Positions 8,477-16,763 of a stretch of DNA of 64,000 nucleotides are shown piece after piece. The position numbers and the translations under genes were made by a program. The notes below the pieces were generated by a model, which saw nothing but the letters and a program-made list of their open reading frames with translations, made no database searches and was not told where the DNA came from. Where the stretch lies: the IMG/VR virus record IMGVR_UViG_3300032093_000098; one strand, written 5' to 3'. Position 1 is the stretch's first letter; the number at the start of each line of letters is the position of its first letter. The DNA comes from an uncultured virus (IMG/VR IMGVR_UViG_3300032093_000098). Taxonomy: Duplodnaviria; Heunggongvirae; Uroviricota; Caudoviricetes.

Positions 8477-8697
8477 GGCTTTATTGCAGGCCGCAGGATG
8501 GACGATGCATCTGCCTGCTTGGTTTATCCTGTGCGCAGATGAACGATCGGTTTATTGTGCCCGCAGATGCCTGATCAGGGTTATTCCATTGGTCTGAGGT
8601 GTGCGGGCAATCTACATCAGCGCAAGGTGCAGGATCTCTCCTCGGCACGGGTGCATTCTATGCACGCACAGCATTACGACACTATGCACGCATAGCT
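8477..8697. repeat. Degenerate ~28-bp repeats and a direct repeat
   Basis: GG(C)TTTAT..GCAG(G)ATG..GAT units at 8477, 8521 and 8549; CTATGCACGCA[CT]AGC twice at ~8658 and ~8682. Confidence 0.5.
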
Positions 8698-8933
8698 TTA
8701 TCTGCTATCCTCAATGAACTGACAGCTAGCTACTTATATCTACATGATTATCAGGGCTTTATGTGTTTCCATTCACATCGGTACTGTCTCTCCCCGACAG
8801 CTATCTGGCTGCAAATCAATTGGTTGGCAATATATTGATCGTCAGCACGTTGGCCTGACCCACCCCCTTTGCCAAGTCGACTTCGGAAGTTGCGGCGCCA
8901 GTGACGGTGTGGGGTAGACCCCCCGACCACAGA

Positions 8934-9060
8934 CAGAAAGTAATTTTTCCAACCAGGGACAGAAAGTAATTTTTCCAACCACAGACAGGAGGTGTTTTTT
9001 CGAGCCAGGGGCAGAAAGTAATTTTTCGAACCAGGAACAGAGCGGTGATTTTTGTACCGG
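8934..9060. repeat. 26-bp tandem repeat array (5 units)
   Basis: CAGAAAGTAATTTTTCCAACCAGGGA-like units start at 8934, 8960, 8986, 9012 and 9038. Confidence 0.85.
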
Positions 9061-9137
9061 TATTCACGGTGTATGTTTTTCGGCGGTTGATTCGTTGACC
9101 CGTATTGGGTCGCTGGCCAAAAAAAATCAATTTTTTT

Positions 9138-9168
9138 TTGCAAACAATGGCATTTTGTGCTATGTTTG
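9138..9168 (+). promoter_or_regulatory. Bacteroidota-type promoter
   Basis: TTGCAA...TATGTTTG just before ATG 9183. Confidence 0.6.
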
Positions 9169-9182
9169 TCGAAAATAATTTT

Positions 9183-9443
9183 ATGAACGGTAAGCCAAAG
9201 AAAAAGACTACCGAGGGAGCTAACCAGGGCATGTCTTGTAGCAAGGATGGTTGTGGCGCGGTAAAAACTAACTCAAGCGTTGGTACCAACCGTCAGAACG
9301 CTGCTGGGGCAAAAGGTTTATCTTCCCGCCCTCAGTACGGCTCGAAGGTAGTTACCCCTCGGCAGGCTGAGAAGAGGGCTCAGAAAATGGCAAAAATTAG
9401 GTCTTCGGCTCCGTCTGGCAAGTCAAACAGGGATAAATTTTAA
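9183..9443 (+). CDS. Small highly basic protein
   Basis: Likely start MNGKPKKK; K/R/S/A-rich. Confidence 0.55.
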   Translation: MNGKPKKKTTEGANQGMSCSKDGCGAVKTNSSVGTNRQNAAGAKGLSSRPQYGSKVVTPRQAEKRAQKMAKIRSSAPSGKSNRDKF

Positions 9444-9446
9444 AAC

Positions 9447-9716
9447 ATGAAGAAAGGAAACCCACAAAAGAAAGCGGAGAGGATCGACTCTCGGGCGTCA
9501 AAGAAAATGGACAAGGCCAAGTCTACATGGAATAAGGCAGAGGCCATGAGAAAGTCCCCCGTTGGATCCAACCGAACGTTTGCTCAGGAGGATTTCGGGA
9601 AAATGGCTCACCAGGTCAAGACCGAGAGGCTGTACGCAAAATCTGCAAGGCAGGCCGACAAGGCAAAAGAGTTGAAGACCCGGGCGGGGATCGTCAGAGC
9701 CGGGTCAAAGAAGTAA
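9447..9716 (+). CDS. Small highly basic protein
   Basis: K/A/R-rich ORF followed by a terminator. Confidence 0.6.
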   Translation: MKKGNPQKKAERIDSRASKKMDKAKSTWNKAEAMRKSPVGSNRTFAQEDFGKMAHQVKTERLYAKSARQADKAKELKTRAGIVRAGSKK

Positions 9717-9761
9717 AGGCTTTTTTCATAGTTGAATTAAGGATAGGTTTTGGTAGCAATG

Positions 9762-9790
9762 AAAAGCCCCTCAAACGTGAGGGGTTTTTT
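9762..9790. terminator. Intrinsic terminator, probably bidirectional
   Basis: AAAAGCCCCTCA-aacg-TGAGGGGTTTTTT between convergent genes. Confidence 0.8.
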
Positions 9791-9865
9791 CATCCATATC
9801 CACCCCAATCGGGCGTACTTGTGCAGGTTTGTCATCCATAGCCAATAGTTATCGGCAAATAAATT

Positions 9866-10066
9866 TTACTTCCTATCCCTCTCCGAAATGAACCTTGCAT
9901 CGCCTTGTAAATACTTTACTGCATCCCAAAGGTCATCTAATACTATTGTCCCAAGTGGTAGCAAATTACCTTTACCATCTTTTACACCTGACAAGTAAAT
10001 TGCAAGGTCACTTAGCGATTTTGTGTTAATCATTTTTCTTTCTTGAACTGGTTGTTTGTCTTCCAT
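9866..10066 (-). CDS. Hypothetical protein (cassette-like gene 1)
   Basis: ORF bounded by GTTATCGGC (9848) and GCCTATAAC (10085). Confidence 0.55.
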   Translation of the reverse strand: MEDKQPVQERKMINTKSLSDLAIYLSGVKDGKGNLLPLGTIVLDDLWDAVKYLQGDARFISERDRK

Positions 10067-10084
10067 AATCCGTAAAATTTATCA

Positions 10085-10218
10085 GCCTATAACATACGCT
10101 ATACAAAAGTGGGGCTGTGTGCCAAATCTGTATAGTTGTGCATCTAATTTGCTTTTGTGCGGTAAGCAAGGGTTATGCATCTTATTCCCCACCTTCGTAT
10201 AGCGTTTTGCCGTTAGCT
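10085..10218 (+). repeat. attC-like site
   Basis: CTATAAC...ACGCTATACAAAAGTGGGG / CCCCACCTTCGTATAGCGT...GTTAGCT imperfect inverted repeat. Confidence 0.65.
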
Positions 10219-10608
10219 TCAATTGCCTGCCAACGCACGTTTATCCGTTAAAAATTTCATTAATAAATAAACACCATCATTTACGCCTGACCAATAGAAA
10301 TCTTTATCTAAAGTCGGGTTTGCTTTGTGCCATTCATTTATAAAATCGTCAACAAGTTTTTTAGCTTCTTCATGGTTAGGTAACTTATTATGTTCTTCAA
10401 TAATTGCTGCCGTTAATTCACGAGCTTTACCAAGTGAAATATTTTCATTGTGAACGTGTCCCCAAACATCTTGAATAATCCAACAAGCAGGTAAATGTTT
10501 GTGATAAATCGGATTTAAAACTTGTCCCGATTTTTGGCGTTCCATTAATTCTTCTACGGTAATTTCTTTATCAAACCCGTATTTTTCGTGTAATTCTTCT
10601 ACTGTCAT
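10219..10608 (-). CDS. Hypothetical protein (cassette-like gene 2)
   Basis: ORF between two attC-like sites. Confidence 0.6.
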   Translation of the reverse strand: MTVEELHEKYGFDKEITVEELMERQKSGQVLNPIYHKHLPACWIIQDVWGHVHNENISLGKARELTAAIIEEHNKLPNHEEAKKLVDDFINEWHKANPTLDKDFYWSGVNDGVYLLMKFLTDKRALAGN

Positions 10609-10662
10609 TTGTTTATTTATTAATTGTTAATATTCATTCTAAAGCCAACGCAATGCAACTAA

Positions 10663-10726
10663 AGCTAACAGCACCTAAACCGCAACTCCGCTACGCTCCG
10701 CAGCGTTTAGCTGCAAACCGTTAGGT
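10663..10726 (+). repeat. attC-like site (short)
   Basis: AGCTAAC-aGCACCTAAACCGC..GCGTTTAGCTGC-aaacc-GTTAGGT. Confidence 0.7.
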
Positions 10727-10732
10727 GCAATG

Positions 10733-11119
10733 CTATCCGACTGACAACTCAAAATAATAATGACCTCCAGTTCGCCACATGACATATCTCATTTGAAAGT
10801 GAGTAAGCCACATATTAGATGTGATGGCTGCAATAGTTTCTTCGTTGCCACTCCATCCACCTGTATGTAATTCAAGTTTGTGTATGCCTTTGTATTTTCT
10901 GTGCAAAACAAATCCCCAATCTGACATATACCACCCATCAACAAGAACCTTTTTTACAAAAGTGAGCAAAGGCAAACTTTCATCTGGCTTGTAAGTTTTA
11001 ATAAATTGCAGCCATTCCTCCGTTGGATAACCTTCATCATCCAAAAGCACGGCAGGTAACACAGTGTTGCCGTCATTGCTGGCTTCTGTGCTATTTTGAA
11101 AGTTTTGTTCTGTATTCAT
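10733..11119 (-). CDS. Hypothetical protein (cassette-like gene 3)
   Basis: ELHTGGWSGNEE motif; N-terminus encoded inside the attC-like site. Confidence 0.65.
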   Translation of the reverse strand: MNTEQNFQNSTEASNDGNTVLPAVLLDDEGYPTEEWLQFIKTYKPDESLPLLTFVKKVLVDGWYMSDWGFVLHRKYKGIHKLELHTGGWSGNEETIAAITSNMWLTHFQMRYVMWRTGGHYYFELSVG

Positions 11120-11185
11120 CTTTCGTTTTTCAATTAAACATTTGTGCTAATAAACCGCCACTGCAGCAATGCCTTAACGTTAGTA
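11054..11185 (+). repeat. attC-like site (degenerate)
   Basis: AGGTAAC..GTTGCCGTCATTGCTGGC / GCCACTGCAGCAAT..GTTAGTA. Confidence 0.5.
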
Positions 11186-11203
11186 GCAAGCGGGCGGACA
11201 CTC

Positions 11204-11425
11204 TTAATCATTTGCTTTACTCGCTTCGTTAATTCTTTGGTTAATCATCTGGTAGATTTCATCTACAAGAGTATACTCTTTTTTGTTGAGTTCTCTGTAC
11301 TTCCAGATTTGTCTAATATCCTCTCTGATATTATGCAAAGCAATGTAGTACTCCTGTCCATTAATAGCATAGCGGAAGTCATCTCCATCTTCAGGAAGAT
11401 TAAACTCTAGTATTGCTTTACTCAT
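11204..11425 (-). CDS. Small phage protein (KAILEFNLPED type)
   Basis: Paralog of 18204..18407. Confidence 0.65.
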   Translation of the reverse strand: MSKAILEFNLPEDGDDFRYAINGQEYYIALHNIREDIRQIWKYRELNKKEYTLVDEIYQMINQRINEASKAND

Positions 11426-11546
11426 TTTTTTTTGAAATATAAAACTTGTCAAACAGATATGCTATTATTCTAATAAGAATTTGTAGAATTAAAAATATAC
11501 CAAACGGTAAACCGAACATAATAACTACTAATTCTTCTATTGTCAT
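11418..11546 (-). CDS. Small membrane peptide (42 aa, not in ORF track)
   Basis: MTIEELVVIMFGLPFGIFLILQILIRIIAYLF; overlaps both neighbours. Confidence 0.45.
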   Translation of the reverse strand: MTIEELVVIMFGLPFGIFLILQILIRIIAYLFDKFYISKKNE

Positions 11547-11815
11547 TTGTCACCTCCTTCATTTTTTGTAGTTAAAGTACATCTACTACCTGGTAAACTT
11601 GTTGTGTTAAGCATCTCAAGGTGATCCACAGAAGCAGTAAGTGTCACAGACTTGTGCTGGTCATCATGTGGAATACTCTTGTTGTCTCTAATCCTTTCAA
11701 GATTACCCAGTTGTTTTTTAAAGGCATCAAGTTCCGCACTTAGAATCATCTTTTCGTTTTGCAGGTTCTTGATATGCTCTTCACAATCTCTAATTGCAAA
11801 TTCTATCTTGTTCAT
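11543..11815 (-). CDS. Hypothetical coiled-coil protein
   Basis: ATGA-coupled ORF. Confidence 0.55.
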   Translation of the reverse strand: MNKIEFAIRDCEEHIKNLQNEKMILSAELDAFKKQLGNLERIRDNKSIPHDDQHKSVTLTASVDHLEMLNTTSLPGSRCTLTTKNEGGDK

Positions 11816-12429
11816 TGTTTAGATTGTTTAAGTGATTGAATAACTCTTTCTTTTGCTTTAGCTGATAAAACAGTACAATTCATAGCTTCCCTAACTTGTT
11901 CCTCTGTATATAGAGTTTCTTTGGCTTTGTTGTAACCTGCTTTGAATGCTTTTCTTATTAAAGAAGAATTTGGATATAAATCATCATTTAATGGATAAAA
12001 TTCCTCAGCCAACTTCTCTACATCTTCCACCATCTTCCCGACATCAGGAACATGGTTGACCATTTCGTTGACCTCACCAATATGGTTTATCATCTTGTTG
12101 CTGTCACCAAGTTGATCAATGACTTCATCCCATGCATCATAATTATTAACCGCATATACCTCGCTGGTGTCAACAGGATGATGAATTAGTTTGGCATAGG
12201 TTAATCCATTTACGCCTACTTCACCATTTTCCCATTCTGTAACCATATCAAAATTTATTTCTTTACCATCCCAATCAACTGAGTAATCACCATAGTCAAT
12301 GCAGGTTTTCACATCAGCGGGATGCAATGGAAATGTTCCCCACCAAGACTTGTAACCTATTGGTGTTTTTTCTGCTACTTTATGTTCCACCACCCACCCT
12401 TGGTCTGTTTTCACTAATGTTCCTTTCAT
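11812..12429 (-). CDS. Hypothetical mosaic protein with 10-aa repeats
   Basis: DQLGDSNKMI/NHIGEVNEMV/NHVPDVGKMV repeats. Confidence 0.6.
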   Translation of the reverse strand: MKGTLVKTDQGWVVEHKVAEKTPIGYKSWWGTFPLHPADVKTCIDYGDYSVDWDGKEINFDMVTEWENGEVGVNGLTYAKLIHHPVDTSEVYAVNNYDAWDEVIDQLGDSNKMINHIGEVNEMVNHVPDVGKMVEDVEKLAEEFYPLNDDLYPNSSLIRKAFKAGYNKAKETLYTEEQVREAMNCTVLSAKAKERVIQSLKQSKQ

Positions 12430-12665
12430 AGTTTTACCTCCTCATAAGTTGCTTCAAATATTTCCTTGTCAACTAACCACCTTTCCCCCTTGATCCCGAC
12501 ACACAAGTAGTGCTTGCCAAACTCGCCAATGTGATAAGGGTTTTCTAGTGTTTTGATGTATGGCAGGTCACCACCAAACTCTTCGGTGTGAAGGATAAAC
12601 CCATCCTCGTCCCCCTGTTCAAATAACTTAGCTTGTACTGTTGCTGTTTTTCTATACGTTTTCAT
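12426..12665 (-). CDS. Small conserved phage protein (PGDYG-like)
   Basis: YRK..V.A..IKTLE..GIKGE.W.V.KEIFEATYE pattern. Confidence 0.55.
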   Translation of the reverse strand: MKTYRKTATVQAKLFEQGDEDGFILHTEEFGGDLPYIKTLENPYHIGEFGKHYLCVGIKGERWLVDKEIFEATYEEVKL

Positions 12666-12976
12666 AGCTTTTGTATTTCTTGTTCTACTTGTTCTAAATA
12701 CTCCAACATATCATACCCCGTCATGTGGTCTGGGTGTTCACCTTCAAAGGTAAATTTGCGTTCTCCAATGGCATCAAAGGCAAAATATTCAGGTTTGTGG
12801 AGTCCATCAAAGATGCCTTTCATGTGCTTTACTGCTATCAAAGCACATTGCTTGGCTTGATATAAACTCATTTCTGTGCAATCACAATATCTTTTATTTG
12901 GAAAATGCTCAATACCACAATGCTCTGTATTGTACATCTTATCTACTAATTCTTCTGCATATTGTTTTGGATTCAT
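12662..12976 (-). CDS. Hypothetical protein
   Basis: ATGA-coupled ORF; AKQCALIAV motif. Confidence 0.6.
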   Translation of the reverse strand: MNPKQYAEELVDKMYNTEHCGIEHFPNKRYCDCTEMSLYQAKQCALIAVKHMKGIFDGLHKPEYFAFDAIGERKFTFEGEHPDHMTGYDMLEYLEQVEQEIQKL

Positions 12977-13197
12977 TTGTCACCTCCGTATGTTTCGTTG
13001 TAAAAATCTTCAATTGTCATTTCACCAACTTCATATATCTGCCTAAGATAGTTGTTAGTAAATTGAATCATCTGCTCCTTGTCCATTTCTTTGGCTTCTG
13101 CTAAACACTTTCTAAAATGCTCTCTTTCTTTTGGGTCAGAGAACTCAAGGAATGGTAATAAATGTGCAAATAACCACTCTACTGCTGTTTGTTTCAT
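12973..13197 (-). CDS. Hypothetical protein (MKQTAVEWL type)
   Basis: N-terminal motif typical of small Bacteroidota-phage proteins. Confidence 0.6.
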   Translation of the reverse strand: MKQTAVEWLFAHLLPFLEFSDPKEREHFRKCLAEAKEMDKEQMIQFTNNYLRQIYEVGEMTIEDFYNETYGGDK

Positions 13198-13199
13198 AA

Positions 13200-13469
13200 T
13201 TATTTGTATTTTCTTATTAGTTCAAACGTCTTTTTTATATCCGTCCAATTGAGATGTATCTCCTCGCCACGCCTAACAGGATACCACGCTATGGTGTATC
13301 CGTGGTTAGCGTTGTAGAAGTCTTCCCTCTTTATAACATTGCCGTTAACCTTGTTAAGATATATCCAAGGTATGTTTCCTACAAGCTCAATGTTGACTCC
13401 TATCTTCTGAAGTCTCCTTACGAAAACACTCAGTTCATTTTCATCCTCCTGTTTAAGAAAATTTTTCAT
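13200..13469 (-). CDS. Hypothetical protein
   Basis: Likely start MKNFLKQ; GNIPWIYL motif. Confidence 0.55.
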   Translation of the reverse strand: MKNFLKQEDENELSVFVRRLQKIGVNIELVGNIPWIYLNKVNGNVIKREDFYNANHGYTIAWYPVRRGEEIHLNWTDIKKTFELIRKYK

Positions 13470-13519
13470 TTTTCGGTGCAAGGGTACTGCATATATATAT
13501 CTATCCGTTAGCGGCAACC

Positions 13520-13807
13520 TCACAGAAACTCCTCCACCTTGTGAGTGTCTAACCCAGTATAAGTGTGTATTAGTTTCCGTAAAGCCAAACCGCAACTTTC
13601 TGCCATTTTCATTCTATCCTCAACTGACATACCATCGTAATCTTGGTTGTCATACATTTTGTCCATCAATGCAGTTTGGAAAATAATAGTAGCGTTCATG
13701 AAATCCCTGTTGGAATAATTAGGCTTGTTTTCATTCCCTTTTGCTTCTGCATTTTGCGTTAGCAAGTCGTTTGCTATTGCTTCAAGTGTTGTTTTATAAC
13801 TTCTCAT
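13520..13807 (-). CDS. Hypothetical protein (cassette-like gene 4)
   Basis: Bounded by GTTAGCGGC (13507) and GCCGCCAAC (13834). Confidence 0.6.
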   Translation of the reverse strand: MRSYKTTLEAIANDLLTQNAEAKGNENKPNYSNRDFMNATIIFQTALMDKMYDNQDYDGMSVEDRMKMAESCGLALRKLIHTYTGLDTHKVEEFL

Positions 13808-13928
13808 TGTGTATTAATTTGTGAAAAAGGGCAGCCGCCAACAAGTGCTATGCAATATGGCGGCTGACGTGCTTCGGTTAAACATTTTACTTAATTCAAC
13901 TGTGGTGCACGGATTGCTGTTTGCTGAC

Positions 13929-14957
13929 TCACCAAATGTCTTCCATTCCGGTTTCGACGAAGTAGCTCCTTCCTGCGTTTTCGTTTTTACCCTGAGCTGG
14001 CAGGAATTCGGCGTAAGCGACGATCATCGGATCGTTTTCAAGCTGGGAGTTGTAGGTGATGACTTTTGTTTCTGGGTTATACGAGTCAACAGTTCCGGGA
14101 ACCAACGTAATGGTGTTGTCCTGGGATGCGTTGAATCCGGCTGTTGCTGAAGCTCCGTAGGCGTTTGTGCCCGGTTGGTTGTACAGGTTCCACCTGAACG
14201 CAAACGATGGGCAAATTTTACCGTAAGAAGCAATTTTGTTTGGGGATCCCGTTGCCGGCTCGCCATTAATGTGGAAAATACCCTTGATCTGATTATCGGA
14301 CACCTTTTCAATGTCCATGGCGATACTTGTAACGTGAGTTTGCGGATCTACGACAACGCTATTGAACGTCATCCTTGTGTTGAACGCGATCTGCTCTTCC
14401 GTCATCCCGGTTATGGCCTTAAGCTGCTCAAGGCTCCATCTCACGAACTGGCGCTTGCTCGTCCATGTCCGAATGGTGCCTGATGAAGACCTTGTGATGG
14501 TCTTCTGAATTCGAAAAAACACACCTGGTCTTACAGGAGGGCTTGCCGGATCGCTCGGAAGCTTTGTCAGCGGATCCACATTGAGGCCAACGTCAGAAAT
14601 GACGTCAAACGAATGCCCCGTCTCGTTGCTGTACAGCTCCACTTTTTGCCACGGAAACCAGTGACCGCCCGTGCCGGTCTCCCTCGGCTTGGTGGTGACA
14701 ATCATGTTCTCGTCAATCGAAACTATGTCGTGACCATATGCATGCAAGTAGTTGGACAAAAGATTCAGCGTGTACGCCCCAAACAGCTCGGATGTGGTGG
14801 ACACATACGTTTTTACCGATACGCTTTTGGGGGACACGGTAAAGTCGTGTGTCTCTTCGACAATCAGCGCCCGGTTGGTGCGGGTTTGGATTTGACCCTC
14901 GTACCTTGCGCATTCGTCGGGGAGCTGAAGAAGCTCTAACGCTTTTTGAATACTCAT
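13929..14957 (-). CDS. Hypothetical protein, beta-rich, unknown function
   Basis: 342-aa ORF with AT-rich leader. Confidence 0.7.
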   Translation of the reverse strand: MSIQKALELLQLPDECARYEGQIQTRTNRALIVEETHDFTVSPKSVSVKTYVSTTSELFGAYTLNLLSNYLHAYGHDIVSIDENMIVTTKPRETGTGGHWFPWQKVELYSNETGHSFDVISDVGLNVDPLTKLPSDPASPPVRPGVFFRIQKTITRSSSGTIRTWTSKRQFVRWSLEQLKAITGMTEEQIAFNTRMTFNSVVVDPQTHVTSIAMDIEKVSDNQIKGIFHINGEPATGSPNKIASYGKICPSFAFRWNLYNQPGTNAYGASATAGFNASQDNTITLVPGTVDSYNPETKVITYNSQLENDPMIVAYAEFLPAQGKNENAGRSYFVETGMEDIW

Positions 14958-14976
14958 TTTATTTTGTTTTTATGGA

Positions 14977-15168
14977 TTAACGCTGTTTTTTCGACTCTAC
15001 GATATCCCACCTGTAGGAATACCAGTCTCTGTTCATGCCAAGCATTTTATCAAGCTTCCAGCAGTCGTTGAGACACTTGCTTTTCGCCTGCTCTGGGTTT
15101 TTCGCTCTTGTTTTCGCGTAGTGCACCCTATTGGCGCCGTCCCACACGGTTATTTCGTAATTAATCAT
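14977..15168 (-). CDS. Hypothetical protein
   Basis: ATGA-coupled ORF. Confidence 0.5.
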   Translation of the reverse strand: MINYEITVWDGANRVHYAKTRAKNPEQAKSKCLNDCWKLDKMLGMNRDWYSYRWDIVESKKQR

Positions 15169-15560
15169 TCTTCGCCCTCCCCTGATATCAATACGTCCGT
15201 ACCGTCAGGAATAGGCGTTCCATTCGCTTCGGCCTCTGCGATCGCTTTTTTGACGTTTCGAATCGCCATTGTTATGGCGTACCAAAACTCCAGCGGCAGC
15301 CCCGACAGCTCCGCAAGCGTCTCGTCCATTGTGGCCAAGGCTCTTACATACTCGTCCCCGCCGTTTACCTGGCCAAGAGTGGTGTATAGGTGTTTGAACT
15401 TAGTTTCGAGCTTCGAAACCAGATTGTTTGATGACATTTTCAGGTCGTGAGTAAAAATGCCCTTGGAAACGCCCTCATCATGGCAGTGGGTGTATATTTG
15501 CTGTGCAGCAAGACCTGTTACGACAACCCGATAGGATCTGATAGCTTGTTCTTTTGTCAT
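15165..15560 (-). CDS. Hypothetical protein
   Basis: Likely start MTKEQ. Confidence 0.55.
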   Translation of the reverse strand: MTKEQAIRSYRVVVTGLAAQQIYTHCHDEGVSKGIFTHDLKMSSNNLVSKLETKFKHLYTTLGQVNGGDEYVRALATMDETLAELSGLPLEFWYAITMAIRNVKKAIAEAEANGTPIPDGTDVLISGEGEE

Positions 15561-15633
15561 TTGTTTTGAAATATGTTGCAATCATACAACATAGTGATGC
15601 TTTTTTGCAAATTTATATGCAAAATTTAACAAT

Positions 15634-15891
15634 TTAATTCCTCAGAATCATAATGCTCTCTCTTGTCCGCCTGTCTATCTCTCTTTCCACCAGTGTTTGT
15701 GGTTTTCCAACGACAAATTGCGCGCCACCGGATCCTATTACGCAGAGATTTTCAAAGTCGTGATACGGACCTATGAAGTCCACAGAATAAAATACAAAGT
15801 CCTCAGTGTGAAATACTTCCGGTGTGCCGTACCCCTGCTCGTATTTATCTATTTCTTCGTCATTAACGACCGGGAGGCGGAGCTTAAGCAT
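15634..15891 (-). CDS. Hypothetical protein
   Basis: ORF preceded by a TAAATTTG box. Confidence 0.55.
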   Translation of the reverse strand: MLKLRLPVVNDEEIDKYEQGYGTPEVFHTEDFVFYSVDFIGPYHDFENLCVIGSGGAQFVVGKPQTLVEREIDRRTRESIMILRN

Positions 15892-15958
15892 TGTGTGGTA
15901 TTTTGTAAAGCAAATTTAATGAAAAGCATCCGCAAGGGAGCTGTTTTGGTAGAAAAAT

Positions 15959-15983
15959 AAAGCCCGCGCTGGCGGCGGGCTTT
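15959..15983 (-). terminator. Intrinsic terminator
   Basis: AAAGCCCGC-gctggcg-GCGGGCTTT with U-rich tail on the minus strand. Confidence 0.65.
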
Positions 15984-15986
15984 AAA

Positions 15987-16301
15987 TTACGCGTTAACAA
16001 CCTCTGCCTGACCGTTCAGGGCAATTGGCGGAGGAATTACGTTAATCTCAAATCGGTATGCGGTTGCGTTGCTTTTTGAGTTGATCAATCTTACAACGCT
16101 TTTGCCTACATTTACGGCTTTCACGGACAGTTCCTGGCCGTTTTCAGTGACATCAAGGCACTTGTCGTTGGTGAGGCTCCACTCCAAATCTGGGGCAAAT
16201 CCCTCGCTTACAACAACATCAAACGCTTGACCCTGAATGGCGTCTACAGACCCATTAAAGTCTCGTATGATGTTTCCTGAGATTAGAAAGTCAAGTTTCA
16301 T
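15987..16301 (-). CDS. Ig-like (Big_2-like) domain protein
   Basis: LEWSLTNDKCLDV..G..SVKAVNVGKSVV pattern. Confidence 0.5.
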   Translation of the reverse strand: MKLDFLISGNIIRDFNGSVDAIQGQAFDVVVSEGFAPDLEWSLTNDKCLDVTENGQELSVKAVNVGKSVVRLINSKSNATAYRFEINVIPPPIALNGQAEVVNA

Positions 16302-16312
16302 GGTGCCGGATA

Positions 16313-16678
16313 TTAATTGATGTCGCTTTCAATTGTTACTGCGGCTCCAATGTTGTCGGCCTGTACGCCAACCATCAGTCCGGCAAACTCCTCTGAAAGC
16401 TCAATAACGCCATCTCCGCGATCGGCGTCAACCTTTACTTTCACAGAGTACGCACCCTCGTTGCCCGTGTTCAGGGATCGAACCCGGCATGTAAAAAAGC
16501 CTTCTGTGTTTTCGTCAACCTCCAGGAACACAATGTCTGACCCGGACGTCAGTTCCCATGTGGCGTTTCCGTCAACTTTTGCCGGAACAGGAGCCCCGGA
16601 AATAGGGTCGGTACCCGTGGGTGAAATGGAGAGTACCACTAATTGTCCTTGTGGTAAAATGTTTGGAATTGCAATCAT
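16313..16678 (-). CDS. Ig-like beta-sandwich protein
   Basis: PAKVDG.ATW...VKVKVDADRGDGV; beta-strand rich. Confidence 0.45.
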   Translation of the reverse strand: MIAIPNILPQGQLVVLSISPTGTDPISGAPVPAKVDGNATWELTSGSDIVFLEVDENTEGFFTCRVRSLNTGNEGAYSVKVKVDADRGDGVIELSEEFAGLMVGVQADNIGAAVTIESDIN

Positions 16679-16763
16679 TGTGATAATTTTTTAATTGGGT
16701 GAATTTAGATCGCAAAAATAGATAGAACTTAAGTCGGTTGTGTGAATTCGGAAATAATTTATG

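Noticed and set aside
8340..8830. Integrase arm-type or dif-like sites (TAACTGATTGATTCTCAA-like)
   Set aside because: Matches are loose and there is no recombinase in the window; not supportable by eye
8934..9060. CRISPR array
   Set aside because: Repeats are contiguous 26-mers with no unique spacers; no cas operon. The 2626-3627 nuclease fits a phage recombination exonuclease
7505..9289. ORFs in the 7.5-9.3 kb region
   Set aside because: No protein-like composition; they overlap repeats and promoters, so are probably spurious
12426..12665. Tad2 or Acb-type sponge
   Set aside because: Lacks the DUF2829 GWNGK and W..SQ.D motifs; no defensible functional call
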